The notes: generated from the letters alone by a model not told the origin. 64,000 nt of DNA from an uncultured Chloroflexia bacterium (GCA_963763775.1 CAVXPZ010000001.1:640001-704000); one strand, 5' to 3'; shown: positions 10,046-21,519, counted from the first letter of the stretch. Made by a program: numbers and translations.

Positions 10046-11756
10046 TCAGGACGCCGTCGCGACCTCGCCGCGCCACGACTCGGCACGGTCGAGGAGCTCT
10101 CGGGCCGCGGCCAATCCGGCCGCCGTGCCGTCGCCGCTCGCGTCCGCGCTGCCCAGCATGTGGGCGAGCTCGACGATCCGGCCCTCGCGGTCGAGCCGCT
10201 CCACCTCGGTCACGGTGCGTCCGTCACGCTCACGCTTCGTGATCCGGAACTGGGCGTCGGCGTGCGCGGCGATCTGCGGCAGATGCGTGACGCACAGGAC
10301 CTGATGGCGACGAGCGAGGGTCCAGAGGCTCCGGCCGACCGGGTCGGCACTCCGGCCGCCGATGCCCGTGTCGACCTCGTCGAAGACGAGGGTCGGGGTC
10401 TCGTCGGCCTCCGCGAGGACCTGCTTGATCGCAAGTGCCACGCGGGACAATTCTCCGCCCGAGGCGATCCTCGCCAACGGCCGGCGCGGCTCGCCGGCGT
10501 TCGGGGCCAGTCGGTACACGACCTGGTCGATGCCCGACGCATCGAAGGCGACCGCGTCGCCGTCGAGCTCGATGGCCGGCTCGGTCGGGCCCGCGGGTCG
10601 CCGGCCGAGCGAGACGTCGAACACGTCAGCCGGGAACCCGAGCTCGACGAGCACCGCGCCGACCGCCGAGGCGAGGATCCCGCCCGCCCCCGCCCGTGCC
10701 GCCGAGAGGGCCGCCGCCGCACGAGCGACCGCCTCGAGGAGGCGGGCATCGTCGGCTTCCCGAGCCGCACGCTCCACGTCGACGCCGCGAAGGCGTTGGG
10801 CCTCCTCGAGCGCGCGTTCCCCGTGCGCGACGACCGCCGCCTCGTCGTCGCCATACCGCCGTTCGAGACCGAAGATCGTCCCGAGCCGCTCCTCCATCGT
10901 GGCGATGGCGGCCGGATCGTGCTCGACGGTCTCGGCGAGCGACCGCGCTTCGGCCGCCACGTCGGCGAGCTCCGCCTCCAGCCCACCCAGACGCTCGGCG
11001 AGCGGCCTCGAACCGCGGGTCCACGCGCGCGATGCCCCGCGCCTCGCGGAGGGCCACGGCGGCGCTCTCGCGGGCCCCGCCGCCTTCCGCGGTCAGCGCT
11101 TCGTGGACGGCCGCGGCGCCCCGCGCGATGGCCTCACCGTGCTGCGCGGCCGCGAGCCGTGACCGGATCTCGGCGGCCTCGCCCGGCCGGAGGCGCGCGG
11201 CCGCGATCTCGGCCGCCTCGTACTCCAGGACCTCGAGCCGACGCGCGAGCTCGCGGGGATCCACGACGAGCGCGTCCAGCGCGTCCCGATTGGCCCGCCA
11301 CGCGTCCACGGCCGACGCCATCGCGCTCCGGAGCCCTTCGTGGCCACCGAACGCGTCCAGCAGGTCCCGCTGCCAACGCCCGTCGAGGAGCCGCTGCTGA
11401 TCGTGCTGGCCGTGGACCTCGACGAGTGGCCCGACCTCCTCGCCGAGACGGGCGGCGGTGACCGCGTCGTCGTCGAGGCGCGCGGTCGACCGGCCGCTCG
11501 CCGCGACCTCGCGCACGGCGATGATCGGTTCGGGCAACCGGTCGAACAGGGCCTCGACCCGTGCGGCCTCCGCCCCGTGGCGGACCAGGGACGTGTCCGC
11601 CCGCGCGCCGGTCACGAGTCCCAGGGCGTCGATGATGAGGCTCTTCCCTGCCCCGGTCTCCCCGGTCAGGACGTTGAAGCCGGGCTCCAGCCCGAGTCGC
11701 ACCCGCTCGATGACCGCGAGATCGGTGACCGTGAGTTCGAGCAGCCGTCCGGTCAC
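10046..11756 (-). CDS. recN: DNA repair protein RecN (frameshift near 11000)
   Basis: LTGETGAGKS, VHGQHDQ, IASGGELSR, FDEVDTG, VTHLPQIAA. Confidence 0.92.
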
Positions 11757-12599
11757 GACGGGAGCAGCGCCACCTTGCGCCGCAGGAGGTCCCAGAACGG
11801 GAGGGCGCCGGCCGGCTCGATGAGGCGCAGCGGCCGTTCGACGGCGCGGACCTCGACGACGTCGCCCGACCTGGATCGGATAGTCCTCGCGGCCGTCGAT
11901 CGAGACGAGCGCCTCGTTCGCGTCCACGACGCGACAGCGGACGACCTGCTGCGGGCTGACCACGACCGAGCGGATCGCCGAGAGGTAGGCCGCGATCGGC
12001 GTCACGACGAGATTACGACTGACCGGGTCGAGGATCGGGCCCCCGGCCGAGAACGAGTACCCGGTGGATCCGGTCGGGCTGGACACGACGAGGCCGTCCG
12101 CGACGAACGTCGCGAGGTGCGTGTCGTCGATCGCGACATCGAGCCGGCAGACGCGTGCCAGCGCCCCGCGAGCGACGACGAAATCGTTGAGGGCGACGTG
12201 GCGGAGCTCGTCGATCGGCTGGCCGTCGCGGAGGATCCGCCCTTCGAGCGCCATCCGCTCGTCGATGCGGTGGTCCCCGGCCACGATGCTCGCCAGCACG
12301 GTGTCGAGGTCGCCGGCCTCCGCCTTCGAGAGGAACCCGACCTTGCCGAGGTTGATCCCCAGGATCGGCACGTCCACCTCGGCGATGGCGCGCGCGGCGC
12401 GAAGGAACGTGCCGTCGCCGCCCAGCACGACCAGCGCGTCGGACGTCGGGAGCTGTTCGAGGAGCGCGGGCAGGTCGCCGGCCTGCGCCTGCCATTGGTC
12501 GACGCCGTGGACGCGGCACCAGCCGGCGGCGCGCGCGCTGAGGTCGATCGCCGCCTCGATGGTGGGGTTGTAGGCGAAGCCGATGCGCTTGACGCTCAT
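11753..12599 (-). CDS. nadK: NAD+ kinase (frameshift near 11865)
   Basis: GGDGTFL, GINLGKVGFL, ALND, DGLVVSSPTGSTGYSFSAGGP. Confidence 0.92.
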
Positions 12600-13410
12600 C
12601 CGGTGGTCACCGCAGCGATCCGGTCCGGGATCTCGGCGCAGCCGGGGCCCGGCGCCAGGTGGACGAGGAACTCGCGGTTCCCCTCCGGTCCGAGGATGGG
12701 CGAGGCGATGACGTCGCGTGTCCCGAGCCCGAGGTCCTGCGCCTGGGCGGTCACTCGCTCGAGGACCTCGCGGTGGACGCTGGGGTCGCGGACGACGCCG
12801 TGGTCGGTCCGGCCCTTGCCGGCCTCGAACTGCGGCTTCACGAGCGCCACGATCCCGCCGCACGCGGCGCCAGCGTCGACATCACCGGGCCGAGGACCTT
12901 GCTGAGCGAGATGAACGACACGTCGATGGTCACGAGGGCGACCGGCTCTGGCAGCGCCCCGGCCGTCAGCGTCCGGGCATTGGTGCGCTCCATCGAGACG
13001 ACCCGCGAGTCGCGACGGAGCGAGTCGGCCAGCTGTCCGCGTCCCACATCGAGAGCGTAGACGCGGGTCGCGCCGCGCTGCAACAGGACGTCCGTGAACC
13101 CGCCGGTCGAGGCGCCGACGTCGAGGCAGACCACACCGGCCGGGTCGATCCCGAACGCGTCGAGCGCCGCCGCCAGCTTGTGGCCGCCGCGGCTGACGTA
13201 CGGCTCGGGCACCGCGACCTCGACCGGGGTGGCGGCATCCACGAGATCGCCCGGCTTGCGATCCAGGCGGGCGCCGTCCCCCTCCCCCACTCGGACCTTC
13301 CCGGCGAGCACGAGCGCCTGGGCGCGGCTTCGCGTCTCGACCAGCCCACGGTCGACGAGCAGCTGGTCGAGCCGGATCCGCTGGACCTTCGGCGAGGATG
13401 CGGGACTCAC
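12596..13410 (-). CDS. tlyA: TlyA family rRNA methyltransferase (frameshift near 12860)
   Basis: S4 domain, [47 protein letters not shown]. Confidence 0.92.
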
Positions 13411-13453
13411 GCCCCTATCGTGGCACAGCCCGCTGCACGCGGACTCAACAGCC

Positions 13454-14236
13454 CTACGCGCCGACGGCCACCAGCAGGAAGTCCGTGCCGAAGGCGACGA
13501 GGAGGCCGACCAGGAGCGCGACGTTGGCGGCGGTCGGCTGCGCGAACTTCCGCGACGTCGCCATCATCTCGTTGAAGACGAAGATCAGGGCGCCCGCGGC
13601 CAGCCCGAGGAAGACGATCGACAGTAACGGCGACGTGAACGAGTAGCCGATCACGCCGCCGACGAACGTCGGGCCGCCACCGATCAGCCCCAGGAGCGCC
13701 AGGAACGCCCACGTCGGCCGCGTGCCCGTCGTCAGCGGCGCCGCGATGCCGAAACCCTCGGTGGCGTTGTGCAGCGCGAACCCGATCGCGAGGATGATCG
13801 CGAACGACGTCGCTCCGGTCACCGCCGACTGCCCGATCGCGAGGCCTTCGGAGAAGTTGTGGAGCCCGAGGCCGATCGCGGTCCCGAGCGCGATGTCGTG
13901 CGCGGAGACGCCCTCGATCCGGCGGTTCCGGAATTGCCCGGTCACCCAGACCAGGGACAGGAGACCGACCGCGATGGACAGCCCGAAGGCCGTCAGGTTG
14001 ACGATGAAGTCGCTCGTCGGACCCTCGCCCGAGGTGGCCGCCTCGAGCGACGCCTCGACCGGCTCCACCGCCTGCGCGAGGATGTCCCAGATCAGGAACA
14101 GGATCACGCCGGCTGCGGCCGTCGTCAGGATGGCCTGCGTGCGGGTCGAAAGGTTCCGCAGCCGACCGACGGGCAGCCCGAGGTAGATGGTCAGACCGGC
14201 GAAGGCAGCGAGCAGTACGGTCTGTTCGAAGGTCAC
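13454..14236 (-). CDS. ZIP family divalent metal transporter
   Basis: About 8 TM helices; LHNFSEG and LHNATEG metal-binding motifs. Confidence 0.9.
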   Translation of the reverse strand: MTFEQTVLLAAFAGLTIYLGLPVGRLRNLSTRTQAILTTAAAGVILFLIWDILAQAVEPVEASLEAATSGEGPTSDFIVNLTAFGLSIAVGLLSLVWVTGQFRNRRIEGVSAHDIALGTAIGLGLHNFSEGLAIGQSAVTGATSFAIILAIGFALHNATEGFGIAAPLTTGTRPTWAFLALLGLIGGGPTFVGGVIGYSFTSPLLSIVFLGLAAGALIFVFNEMMATSRKFAQPTAANVALLVGLLVAFGTDFLLVAVGA

Positions 14237-14253
14237 GGTCTCTCCGGGGACGG

Positions 14254-14298
14254 TTTGGGGAACCCTCGGAATCTAGGACCACCGGTCCGTCGCGTCAA
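14254..14298 (-). promoter_or_regulatory. Sigma70-type promoter of ZIP gene with possible downstream operator
   Basis: Minus strand TTGACG (14298-14293), 17 nt, TAGATT (14275-14270), then imperfect palindrome CCGAGGGTTCCCCAAA. Confidence 0.6.
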
Positions 14299-14330
14299 GG
14301 CACCTTGTCACTAGAGCGCTAGGCGCCTTG
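14296..14330. terminator. Hairpin downstream of lipoprotein gene, possible terminator
   Basis: CAAGGCACCT / AGGCGCCTTG 10-bp arms with 1 mismatch; no clear U-tract. Confidence 0.3.
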
Positions 14331-14345
14331 CACCTGGATCCGGGA

Positions 14346-15056
14346 CTAGGACCCTGGCCCGATCGACCAGGCGCCCGCGGCGCGGATCTCGAGCAGCGTG
14401 GTCTCGACGGGGAGCTTGACCTGGCCCTTGACGGGACCGCGCCCGTTGAAGAGCTCGACGTCGTCCTCGTCGGAGTGCGCGCGAAGGACGAACCGCGTCT
14501 TCCCGGTCGATCGCATCGCGACGGTGTCGCCGTCGGCACTCGGCGCCGCGAGGCGGACGAGCGCGTCGCCCTTGCCCTTCAGCGTGGATGTCCCATCCCA
14601 GGTGGTCGCGCCCGTGACCGGCTGGACCGCGATCGACCACGGCCCTTTCGCGTGCACCTTGAACGCCACGCTGTGGGCGTCGAGGTCGAACAGCACGACG
14701 CCCTTGTACTTGCCGTTGACCTTCGCGAGGGTGCCGGTCTCGGCTCCGGTCTCATCGAGCGCGCGGACGTCGAACACGCCGCCACCCGGATGGGAGAGCG
14801 CGGCGATCCCGACCGCGTCGTCGGGGATCTCGAAGGACACCGTCTTGTCGCCCTTGCCTTTGAGCGTGATCGGGTCGAAGAGGGTCGGCTCCCCTGCCCC
14901 GGCAAGGATCGGGGTCGGTTCGGGCGTGCTCGCGGTCCCGCTCGTCGGACCGGGCCGGGCCGACCCGGTGGCCCCCGACGGTGACGGGGTCTCGCTGCCG
15001 CAGGCGGCGACGAGGAGGACGAGGACGAGCGATCCGAGCGCGGACCATCGCTTCAT
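14346..15056 (-). CDS. Hypothetical lipoprotein with internally duplicated beta-rich domain
   Basis: Signal peptide with lipobox VAAC, Ser/Pro/Thr linker, two repeats starting TLKGKGD. Confidence 0.75.
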   Translation of the reverse strand: MKRWSALGSLVLVLLVAACGSETPSPSGATGSARPGPTSGTASTPEPTPILAGAGEPTLFDPITLKGKGDKTVSFEIPDDAVGIAALSHPGGGVFDVRALDETGAETGTLAKVNGKYKGVVLFDLDAHSVAFKVHAKGPWSIAVQPVTGATTWDGTSTLKGKGDALVRLAAPSADGDTVAMRSTGKTRFVLRAHSDEDDVELFNGRGPVKGQVKLPVETTLLEIRAAGAWSIGPGS

Positions 15057-15148
15057 TCGCGGCACCCTACCGCCGGCGTGGCGACGATGCAGCCCTCCGA
15101 ACGGGAGTCTGTTGCCGCGAGGCACCGGGCCGCGCCCGCCGGCCGCCC

Positions 15149-17123
15149 TCAGCCGCCCGTCCCCGCCTTCGACCGACTGGGCGCCGCCTGCAGGACCTCG
15201 AGGGTGTCCCGGACCTGCCCCGCGAGGCCCGTGGCATCGAGGCGCAGCACCCGGCGGAGGTCCTTCACGGACCCGTGGTCGACGAAGCGGTCCCCGGGGA
15301 TCCCCACGATCCGGACGGCGACGTCGCGCAAGGCCGGGTCCGTCAGTCGAGCCTCCTCGATCAGGTCGAGGACGCCGCTCCCGAAGCCGCCGGTGACGAC
15401 GCTCTCCTCGAACGTCACGACGAGTCGCTTGCCGCGCGCGCCGTCGAGGATCAGCTGGCCGTCGAGCGGCTTGGCGAACCGCGCGTTGATGACGCCGATC
15501 GACCAGCCCTCGGCCGTGAGGGCGTCGGCGGCCTCCATGGCGCGCGCGACGATCGGCCCGAAGCCGACGAACAGCAGGTCGCGGCCCTCGCGGAGCACCT
15601 CGCCGCGACCGATCGGCAGGATCGCGGGCTCGACCGGGGCCAGACCGAAGCCCGCGTCGCGCGGGTAGTGGAGCGCGAACGGGTGGTCCTGGCTGAACGC
15701 GGTCCGCACGAGCGAGCGCAGCTCCTGCTCGTCGCGCGGCGAGGCGATGACGAGGTTCGGCAGCTGCCGCTGCGCCGGCAGGGTGAACATGCCCTGGTGG
15801 CTCGTGCCGTCCTCGCCGACGAGCCCGGCGCGGTCGACGGCGATGACGACCGGCTGGTCGTTCTGGCACACGTCGTGCACGGTCTGGTCGAACGCCCGCT
15901 GGAGGAACGTCGAGTACAGGGCGACCACCGGCCGCATCCCGCCGAGCGCGAGCCCGGTCGCGAGCGTCACCGCGTGCTGCTCGGCGATGCCGACATCGAA
16001 GAAGCGGTCCGGGAACTCGGCCTCGAAGCGGGACAGCCCCGTGCCGGTCGGCATGCCGGCGGTGATCCCGACGATGCGCCGATCGGTCTTCGCGAGCTCG
16101 ACCAATTCGGAGGCGAAGACGGCGGTGTAGTTCGGCTGCTTGGCGGGCGCCTCGTGGACGACCGCCGGCGGGGCGGCGTCGTCGGACATCGATTCGGTGG
16201 GGAGGAGCGGCGCCATCGGTGGCAGGGCCGCGCCATGGAAGCTCACCTGGTCGGCCTCGGCCGGGCGGAACCCCCGGCCCTTCTGCGTTCGGACGTGCAC
16301 GATCGTCGGACCCGGCAGCGCCAGCGCGCGGCCGATCGTCTCGAGGAGCGCGTGGATGTCGTGGCCCGGGACGACCCCGATGTAGGTGATCCCGAGGTCC
16401 TCGAACAGCTGGCCGGGCTGCGCGAAACGCACGACCGAGGCTCGGAGACGCCGGGACAGCTCCAGGACGTGCGGCCCGACGACGGGGATGCGCTCGACGC
16501 GTCGAGTCGTACGCGCTCTTGCCGTGCTGCCAGGCGCTCGAGAGCTTGATCTGGCTGAGGTACTTCGAGAAGGCCCCGACGGTGGGGCTGATCGACATCT
16601 CGTTGTCGTTGACCACGATGAGCATCTGGGTCTGGCGATGCCCGATGTCGTTGAGCGCCTCGAGCGACAGGCCGCTCATCAGGGCCGCGTCGCCGACCAC
16701 GACCGCGATGCGCTCCAGGCCGTGCCGGAGGTCGCGGGCTTCGGCGAGCCCCTCGGCGATCGAGAGGCCGGTGCCGGCGTGCCCGCCGTCGAAGACGTCG
16801 TGTGGCGACTCGGTCCGACGCGGGAAGCCGCCCACGCCGTCGAGCTGCCGGAGCGTGCCGAACCGTTCGAGCCGTCCGGTCAGGAGCTTGTGCGGGTACG
16901 CCTGGTGCCCGGTGTCCCACACGATCCGGTCACGGGGCGACTCGAGGAGCCGATGGAGCGCCAGCGTGAGCTCGACCACGCCGAGCGATGACCCGAGATG
17001 CCCGCCGGTGACGGCGACGGTCTCGATGATCGTCTCGCGGATCTCGAGCGCGAGCTGGGCGAGCTGGACCTCGTCGAGACCACGGAGGTCAGCGGGCCCG
17101 GTGAGGTCGGGGAGGATCGGCAC
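15149..17123 (-). CDS. dxs: 1-deoxy-D-xylulose-5-phosphate synthase (frameshift near 16500)
   Basis: GGHLGSSLG, WDTGHQAYPHKLLTGR, GDAALMSG..NDNEMSI, DVGIAEQHA, YSTFLQRAFDQ; AAGGAG SD before GTG. Confidence 0.93.
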
Positions 17124-17264
17124 GACGGCGGACTCCTTGGCGCGTGGTCGGAGCGTCGGTTGGCAGTGTAAACCTGTTCCCTGCAGGTGGCGGGTTTCCC
17201 GGCGACGGCCGGGTGCTACGTTGGGCAGGTTCGCGACTGGGACGGATTCGCTGAGGAGCACGTG

Positions 17265-18654
17265 ATGGATGGATCGGTCATCGACGAGCTGCGACGGTCG
17301 ATCCACGGCCGCGTGGTGACGCCCGCGGACGACGACTTCGATGACGTGCGGCAGACCTTCAACGCGACGGTCGCTCGCCGACCGCCGGTGATCGTGCAGG
17401 CGGCTGACGCCGACGACGTGGTCACCGCCGTGCGGGTGGCCGCCGCTGCCGGGTTGCCGATCGCCGTCCGCGGCGGCGGCCACAGCGTGGCGGGGCACGC
17501 GATCGCCGAGGACGCCGTCAACATCGATCTCCGCCGGATGCGTGGCGTGAGCGTCGATCCCGCCACGCGCCGGGCCCGCGTCCAGGGCGGCGCGCTCTGG
17601 GAGGACGTGGACCGGGCGACGATGCCGCACGACCTGGCCACCACGGGCGGCACGTTCTGGGACACCGGCGTCGGCGGGCTGACGCTCTCCGGCGGCCTCG
17701 GATACCTGATGGGTACGGCCGGGCTCACCTGCGACAACCTGATGCGGGCGACGGTCGTCACCGCGTCGGGCGAGGTCGTGGAAGCCGGTCCGGCGGGCGA
17801 TCCGGAGCTGCTGTGGGCGCTGCGCGGCGGCGGCGGCAACTTCGGGGTCGTCACCGAGTTCGAGTTCCAGCTCCACCCCATCGGGTCGTGGCAGGTGGGT
17901 CGCTACGTGGCGCCCCTGGACGGTGGGGCCGACGCCCTCGTGGCCCTCGCCGACTACGTGCGCCAGATGCCCGACGAGATCGTCATGTTCGTCGAGGGCC
18001 CGTCCGCGGCCACACCGGCACCGATCGGGGAGGATGCGACCGGTCCCTTCGACCACATCGTCTGCTCCCTGATCTTCCAGGGCACGTCGGCCGAGGCCGA
18101 GGCCGCGTTCGCGCCGCTGGCCGCGACGCCGTACTGGAGCGGCGAGGTCAAGACCGAGACCTATGAAGCCATCCAGAGCGACGGCGTCCTGCCGTTCGGC
18201 CTGCGCCACTACTGGAAGGGCTATTTCCTGCGCGATGTCGACCGGTCCGCGGCCGAGGCGATCACCGAGGCGATGCGGACGCGGCCGCAGTACCCGTCGT
18301 TCGTGCTCTTCGAGGCGATCAACGGACGAGCGCGGGTCGAACCCGAGGGTGGCGCCGCCTTCGGCCAGCGCGAGGCCCGCTGGAACGTCAGTGCCATCGC
18401 GATCTGGGAAGACCCCGCGGACGACGACGCGCACGTGGCGTGGGCGCGGCAGACCGCCGCCGCGCATCGCCCCGTCGTCCTACAGCGGCGCCGGCTACGG
18501 GAACTACGCCTCGGCCGACGAGACGGCCGAGCGGGTGCGCGCGGGGTACGGCCCTGAGCGGTTCGCGCGGCTCCAGGCGGTCAAGCGCCGCTACGACCCG
18601 GACAACCGGTTCCGGTTCAACCTCAACGTGCCGCCAGGTCCGCCAGCTTCGTGA
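17265..18654 (+). CDS. FAD-binding oxidoreductase, VAO/berberine-bridge-enzyme family (frameshift near 18460)
   Basis: RGGGHS flavinylation motif, GVGGLTLSGGLG, WALRGGGGNFGVVT; BBE tail YGNY..RLQAVKRRYDPDNRF in next frame. Confidence 0.88.
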
Positions 18655-19168
18655 CGGTGTTCCAGTTGCGCGAGGTCGAGGTGACGCCGAGCCGTCGTTC
18701 GATGACGTCGTTCGTGAGCCGCGAGCGGCCGGCACCGTCGCGATACCAGACGTAGAGCGCTCGCTCGCCGAGCCGGATGACGTCCGGCGCGAATCGGTCC
18801 TGGTCGATGGTGTCGAAGCGGCCTGGCGCTGGATCGCCGGACAGGAACGCCACGTGGAGCTTCGACGGCTCCGCGACCCCGTCCGGCAGCGGGTTGGCCG
18901 CGATGACGCGCCCGAGGTCCGCGCCCGTCCGGACGAGCACCGCGACGGACAGGCCGAGTCGCGCCAGGATGGCCGCCTCGATCGTCGCGGCGACCGCGTC
19001 CGGGTCATGCGGGTCGTCATCGACGGTCAGGAGCGCGTTGCCGCTCTGGAGGAGCGTCTCGACGTCGCGATAACCGGCATCGGTCAGGAGTGACCGCAGG
19101 TCGGCCATCGCGACCCGCTTGTTGCCGCCCACGTTGATGCCCCGCAGGAGCGCGACCAGGCGCGTCAC
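18623..19168 (-). CDS. DUF1697 family protein
   Basis: ALLRGINVGGNKRVAMADL..LQSGN..TSRNWNT. Confidence 0.85.
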   Translation of the reverse strand: MTRLVALLRGINVGGNKRVAMADLRSLLTDAGYRDVETLLQSGNALLTVDDDPHDPDAVAATIEAAILARLGLSVAVLVRTGADLGRVIAANPLPDGVAEPSKLHVAFLSGDPAPGRFDTIDQDRFAPDVIRLGERALYVWYRDGAGRSRLTNDVIERRLGVTSTSRNWNTVTKLADLAAR

Positions 19169-19183
19169 GCGGCGAGCTCGTCG

Positions 19184-19459
19184 CTAGCCGTTGGGTTCGT
19201 CGATCGCCTCGTCGGGTGCGACCGGGCGGGTCTCGAGGGTGCCGCCGGCGCGCGACACGAGCTGCTCGAGCCGCAGTTGCGCGTCGTTCAGCAGGCGGTC
19301 GCAGCGGTCGATGAGCGCCGCGCCACGCTCGTGGAGCGTGAGGGCCTCCTCCAGCGGCTGGCCGCCGGCCTCGAGCTCCGCCACCGTCCGCTGGAGCTCC
19401 GCGAGGGCGTCATCGAAGGCGAGGTCCTCGACGCGTGGCGGCTGGGCGGCGTCGTTCAC
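19184..19459 (-). CDS. xseB: Exodeoxyribonuclease VII small subunit
   Basis: FDDALAELQRTVAELEAG..LEEALTLHERG..C..LNDAQ. Confidence 0.88.
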   Translation of the reverse strand: MNDAAQPPRVEDLAFDDALAELQRTVAELEAGGQPLEEALTLHERGAALIDRCDRLLNDAQLRLEQLVSRAGGTLETRPVAPDEAIDEPNG

Positions 19460-19584
19460 GAGGGCTCCTCGTCGTCATCGTCACGGGAGGCGAGCCGGCC
19501 GATCGCCGGTGCCAGCATCATACCGAGCCGCACCCCGACGACGGCGAGCACGGCCACGAGGCCGAGGAAGATCAGCAGGTCCAT
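19456..19584 (-). CDS. 42-aa single-pass membrane microprotein (not in ORF track)
   Basis: MDLLIFLGLVAVLAVVGVRLGMMLAPAIGRLASRDDDDEEPS; GC3-rich codons; stop overlaps xseB start (GTGA). Confidence 0.65.
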   Translation of the reverse strand: MDLLIFLGLVAVLAVVGVRLGMMLAPAIGRLASRDDDDEEPS

Positions 19585-19596
19585 CCGTCGCCGACC

Positions 19597-20949
19597 CTAC
19601 CCGGCCGACTCGTCCACGGTCGCGCCGATCGTGCCGGTCGCGACGCGGATGTCGACGCCGGTCCCGACCGGGGCGTCGCCGGCGGCCCGGATGATGGCCC
19701 CGTCCGGGCGGCGCCGGACGATCGCGTAGCCGCGGTCGAGGGTCGCCTGCGGACCGAGGACGGCGAGCGCCGCCGCCGACGCATCGAGCGAGGCTCGGGC
19801 CGCCGTCAGGCGACCCTGGGTGAGCCGTGGCAGGACCGAGGCGGCGCGCTCGAGGCGACCGCGATCCCGGCCGAGCCGCGCATCGAGGGCGCGTGTGGCG
19901 CGGTCGAAGAGCAGGCCGACCTGCTCTCGTGACGCCACGAGTCGATTGGCCGGGCCGACGCGCTCCAGCGCCCGTCGTTCCGCCGAGAGATCGCGGGTCG
20001 CGCTGGACAGGCGCGCCGCCGTGACGGCCGAGAGTCGCGCCCCGGCCCGGCGGAGCGCCGCCGACATCTCGGTCCGGTCGGGGACGACGATCTCGGCGGC
20101 CGCGGACGGGGTCGGCGCCCGGACGTCCGCCGCGAAGTCCGCGAGGGTCACGTCGATCTCGTGCCCGACGCCGCAGACCACGGGGATCGGGTGGCCGACG
20201 ACCGCGCGCACGACGCGCTCGTCGTTGAACGACCAGAGGTCCTCGAGCGAGCCGCCGCCTCGCGCCAGGATCGTGACCTGGGGCGCCTCGACGGCGCGGC
20301 CCGCGGCGACCAGCTCGTCCCGATGACGCTCGAGCCGGCGGAACGCGGACACGATGCTCGCCGGCGCTTCCTCGCCCTGGACCTTGGTCGGCACGAGCAG
20401 CACCCGGGCGATCGGCCAGCGGCGCGCGAGGACCGTGACGATGTCCTTCCAGACCGCCCCGGTCGGGCTGGTGATGACGGCGATCGTCCCCGGGCGGGTA
20501 GGAAGCGGGCGCTTCCGCGCCGGGTCGAAGAGGCCCTCGGCGGCAAGTCGGGCCTTCAGCTCCTCGAAGCGGAGGGCGAGGTCCCCCACCCCGGCCGGCT
20601 GGAGCGCCTCGACGTAGAGCTGCAGGGCACCCTGCGGCTCGAAGAGGTCCATCCGCCCGTGCGCGACCACACGGAGCCCGGCGCGCGCCTCGAACACCGA
20701 CCGGAGGCGGTCGTCACGGAACCACACGCACTGGAGCTGGCTGCGCTCGTCCTTGAGCGTGAAGTAGGCGTGACCGGCCGACGAGATGGTGACGCGGCCG
20801 ATCTCGCCCTCGACCCACAGGTCCGCGAGGCGCGGGTCCTCGCGGATGGCGCCCTTGATCGCCCGGGTGACCTCGGTGACGCCGAGGATCCGGACGCCGA
20901 ACGTGCCAGGCGGGGTGACGCTCGCGGGCCGGGGATCGGCGGTGTCCAC
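19597..20949 (-). CDS. xseA: Exodeoxyribonuclease VII large subunit
   Basis: WVEGEI..GHAYFTLKD, ARGGGSLEDLWSFNDE, GVGHEID, RAPTPSAAAE. Confidence 0.95.
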   Translation of the reverse strand: MDTADPRPASVTPPGTFGVRILGVTEVTRAIKGAIREDPRLADLWVEGEIGRVTISSAGHAYFTLKDERSQLQCVWFRDDRLRSVFEARAGLRVVAHGRMDLFEPQGALQLYVEALQPAGVGDLALRFEELKARLAAEGLFDPARKRPLPTRPGTIAVITSPTGAVWKDIVTVLARRWPIARVLLVPTKVQGEEAPASIVSAFRRLERHRDELVAAGRAVEAPQVTILARGGGSLEDLWSFNDERVVRAVVGHPIPVVCGVGHEIDVTLADFAADVRAPTPSAAAEIVVPDRTEMSAALRRAGARLSAVTAARLSSATRDLSAERRALERVGPANRLVASREQVGLLFDRATRALDARLGRDRGRLERAASVLPRLTQGRLTAARASLDASAAALAVLGPQATLDRGYAIVRRRPDGAIIRAAGDAPVGTGVDIRVATGTIGATVDESAG

Positions 20950-20961
20950 GGCAGGACCGGG

Positions 20962-21519
20962 TCAGACCCGGGTCTGGTACTCGCCCGTCCGGGTGTCGAC
21001 GCGGATCGTGTCGCCGATCTCCACGAAGATCGGGACGGTCACGACGAGGCCGGTCTCGGTGGTGGCGTTCTTGCGGGCGCCCGTCTGCGTGTCGCCCGCG
21101 AACCCGGGCTCCGTGTCGGCGACGACCAGGTCCACGGTGACCGGGAGCTCCACGCCGATGGTCTCGCCCTGGTAGCTCGTCCGGTCCAGGGTCATCCCGT
21201 CCTTGAGGTAGCGGGCGGTCTCGCCGAGCTGGTCGGTCGTGAGGACGAACTGGTCGTACGTGTCGTTGTCCATGAAGTGGTAGTCGTCGCCGTCGCGGTA
21301 CAGGAACTGCACCGGGCGCTTCTCCATGGACGCGCGCGGCCACTTCGTCCCGGCCTGGAAGGAGCGCTCCACGGTCTGGCCGCGCTTGATGTTGCGCAAT
21401 GTGATGCGAACCTGCGCCGAACCGCGGCCCATCTTGATGTGGTGGTAGTCGAGGATCTGCCAGAGCTCGCCGTCGAGCTCGATGGCGACGCCCTTCTTCA
21501 GTTCACCGGTGCTGATCAT
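20962..21519 (-). CDS. efp: Translation elongation factor P
   Basis: QFLYRDGDDYHFMD..YDQ, TEPGFAGDT, ETGLVVTVPIFVEIGDTIRVDTRTGEY; tip loop HIKMGRGSA. Confidence 0.95.
   Translation of the reverse strand: MISTGELKKGVAIELDGELWQILDYHHIKMGRGSAQVRITLRNIKRGQTVERSFQAGTKWPRASMEKRPVQFLYRDGDDYHFMDNDTYDQFVLTTDQLGETARYLKDGMTLDRTSYQGETIGVELPVTVDLVVADTEPGFAGDTQTGARKNATTETGLVVTVPIFVEIGDTIRVDTRTGEYQTRV

Noticed and set aside
10626-12863. Apparent NadK-RecN fusion
   Set aside because: Frameshift read-through; the NadK C-terminus ends at 11753, overlapping the recN GTG
14346-18467. 1373-aa ORF
   Set aside because: Chimera of antisense sequence, the dxs N-half, off-frame dxs and the lipoprotein; stops are scarce at high GC
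20499-20516. TAGGAAGC..GCTTCC palindrome as another box copy
   Set aside because: Inside xseA coding sequence, different spacing, no partner seen at 146 bp
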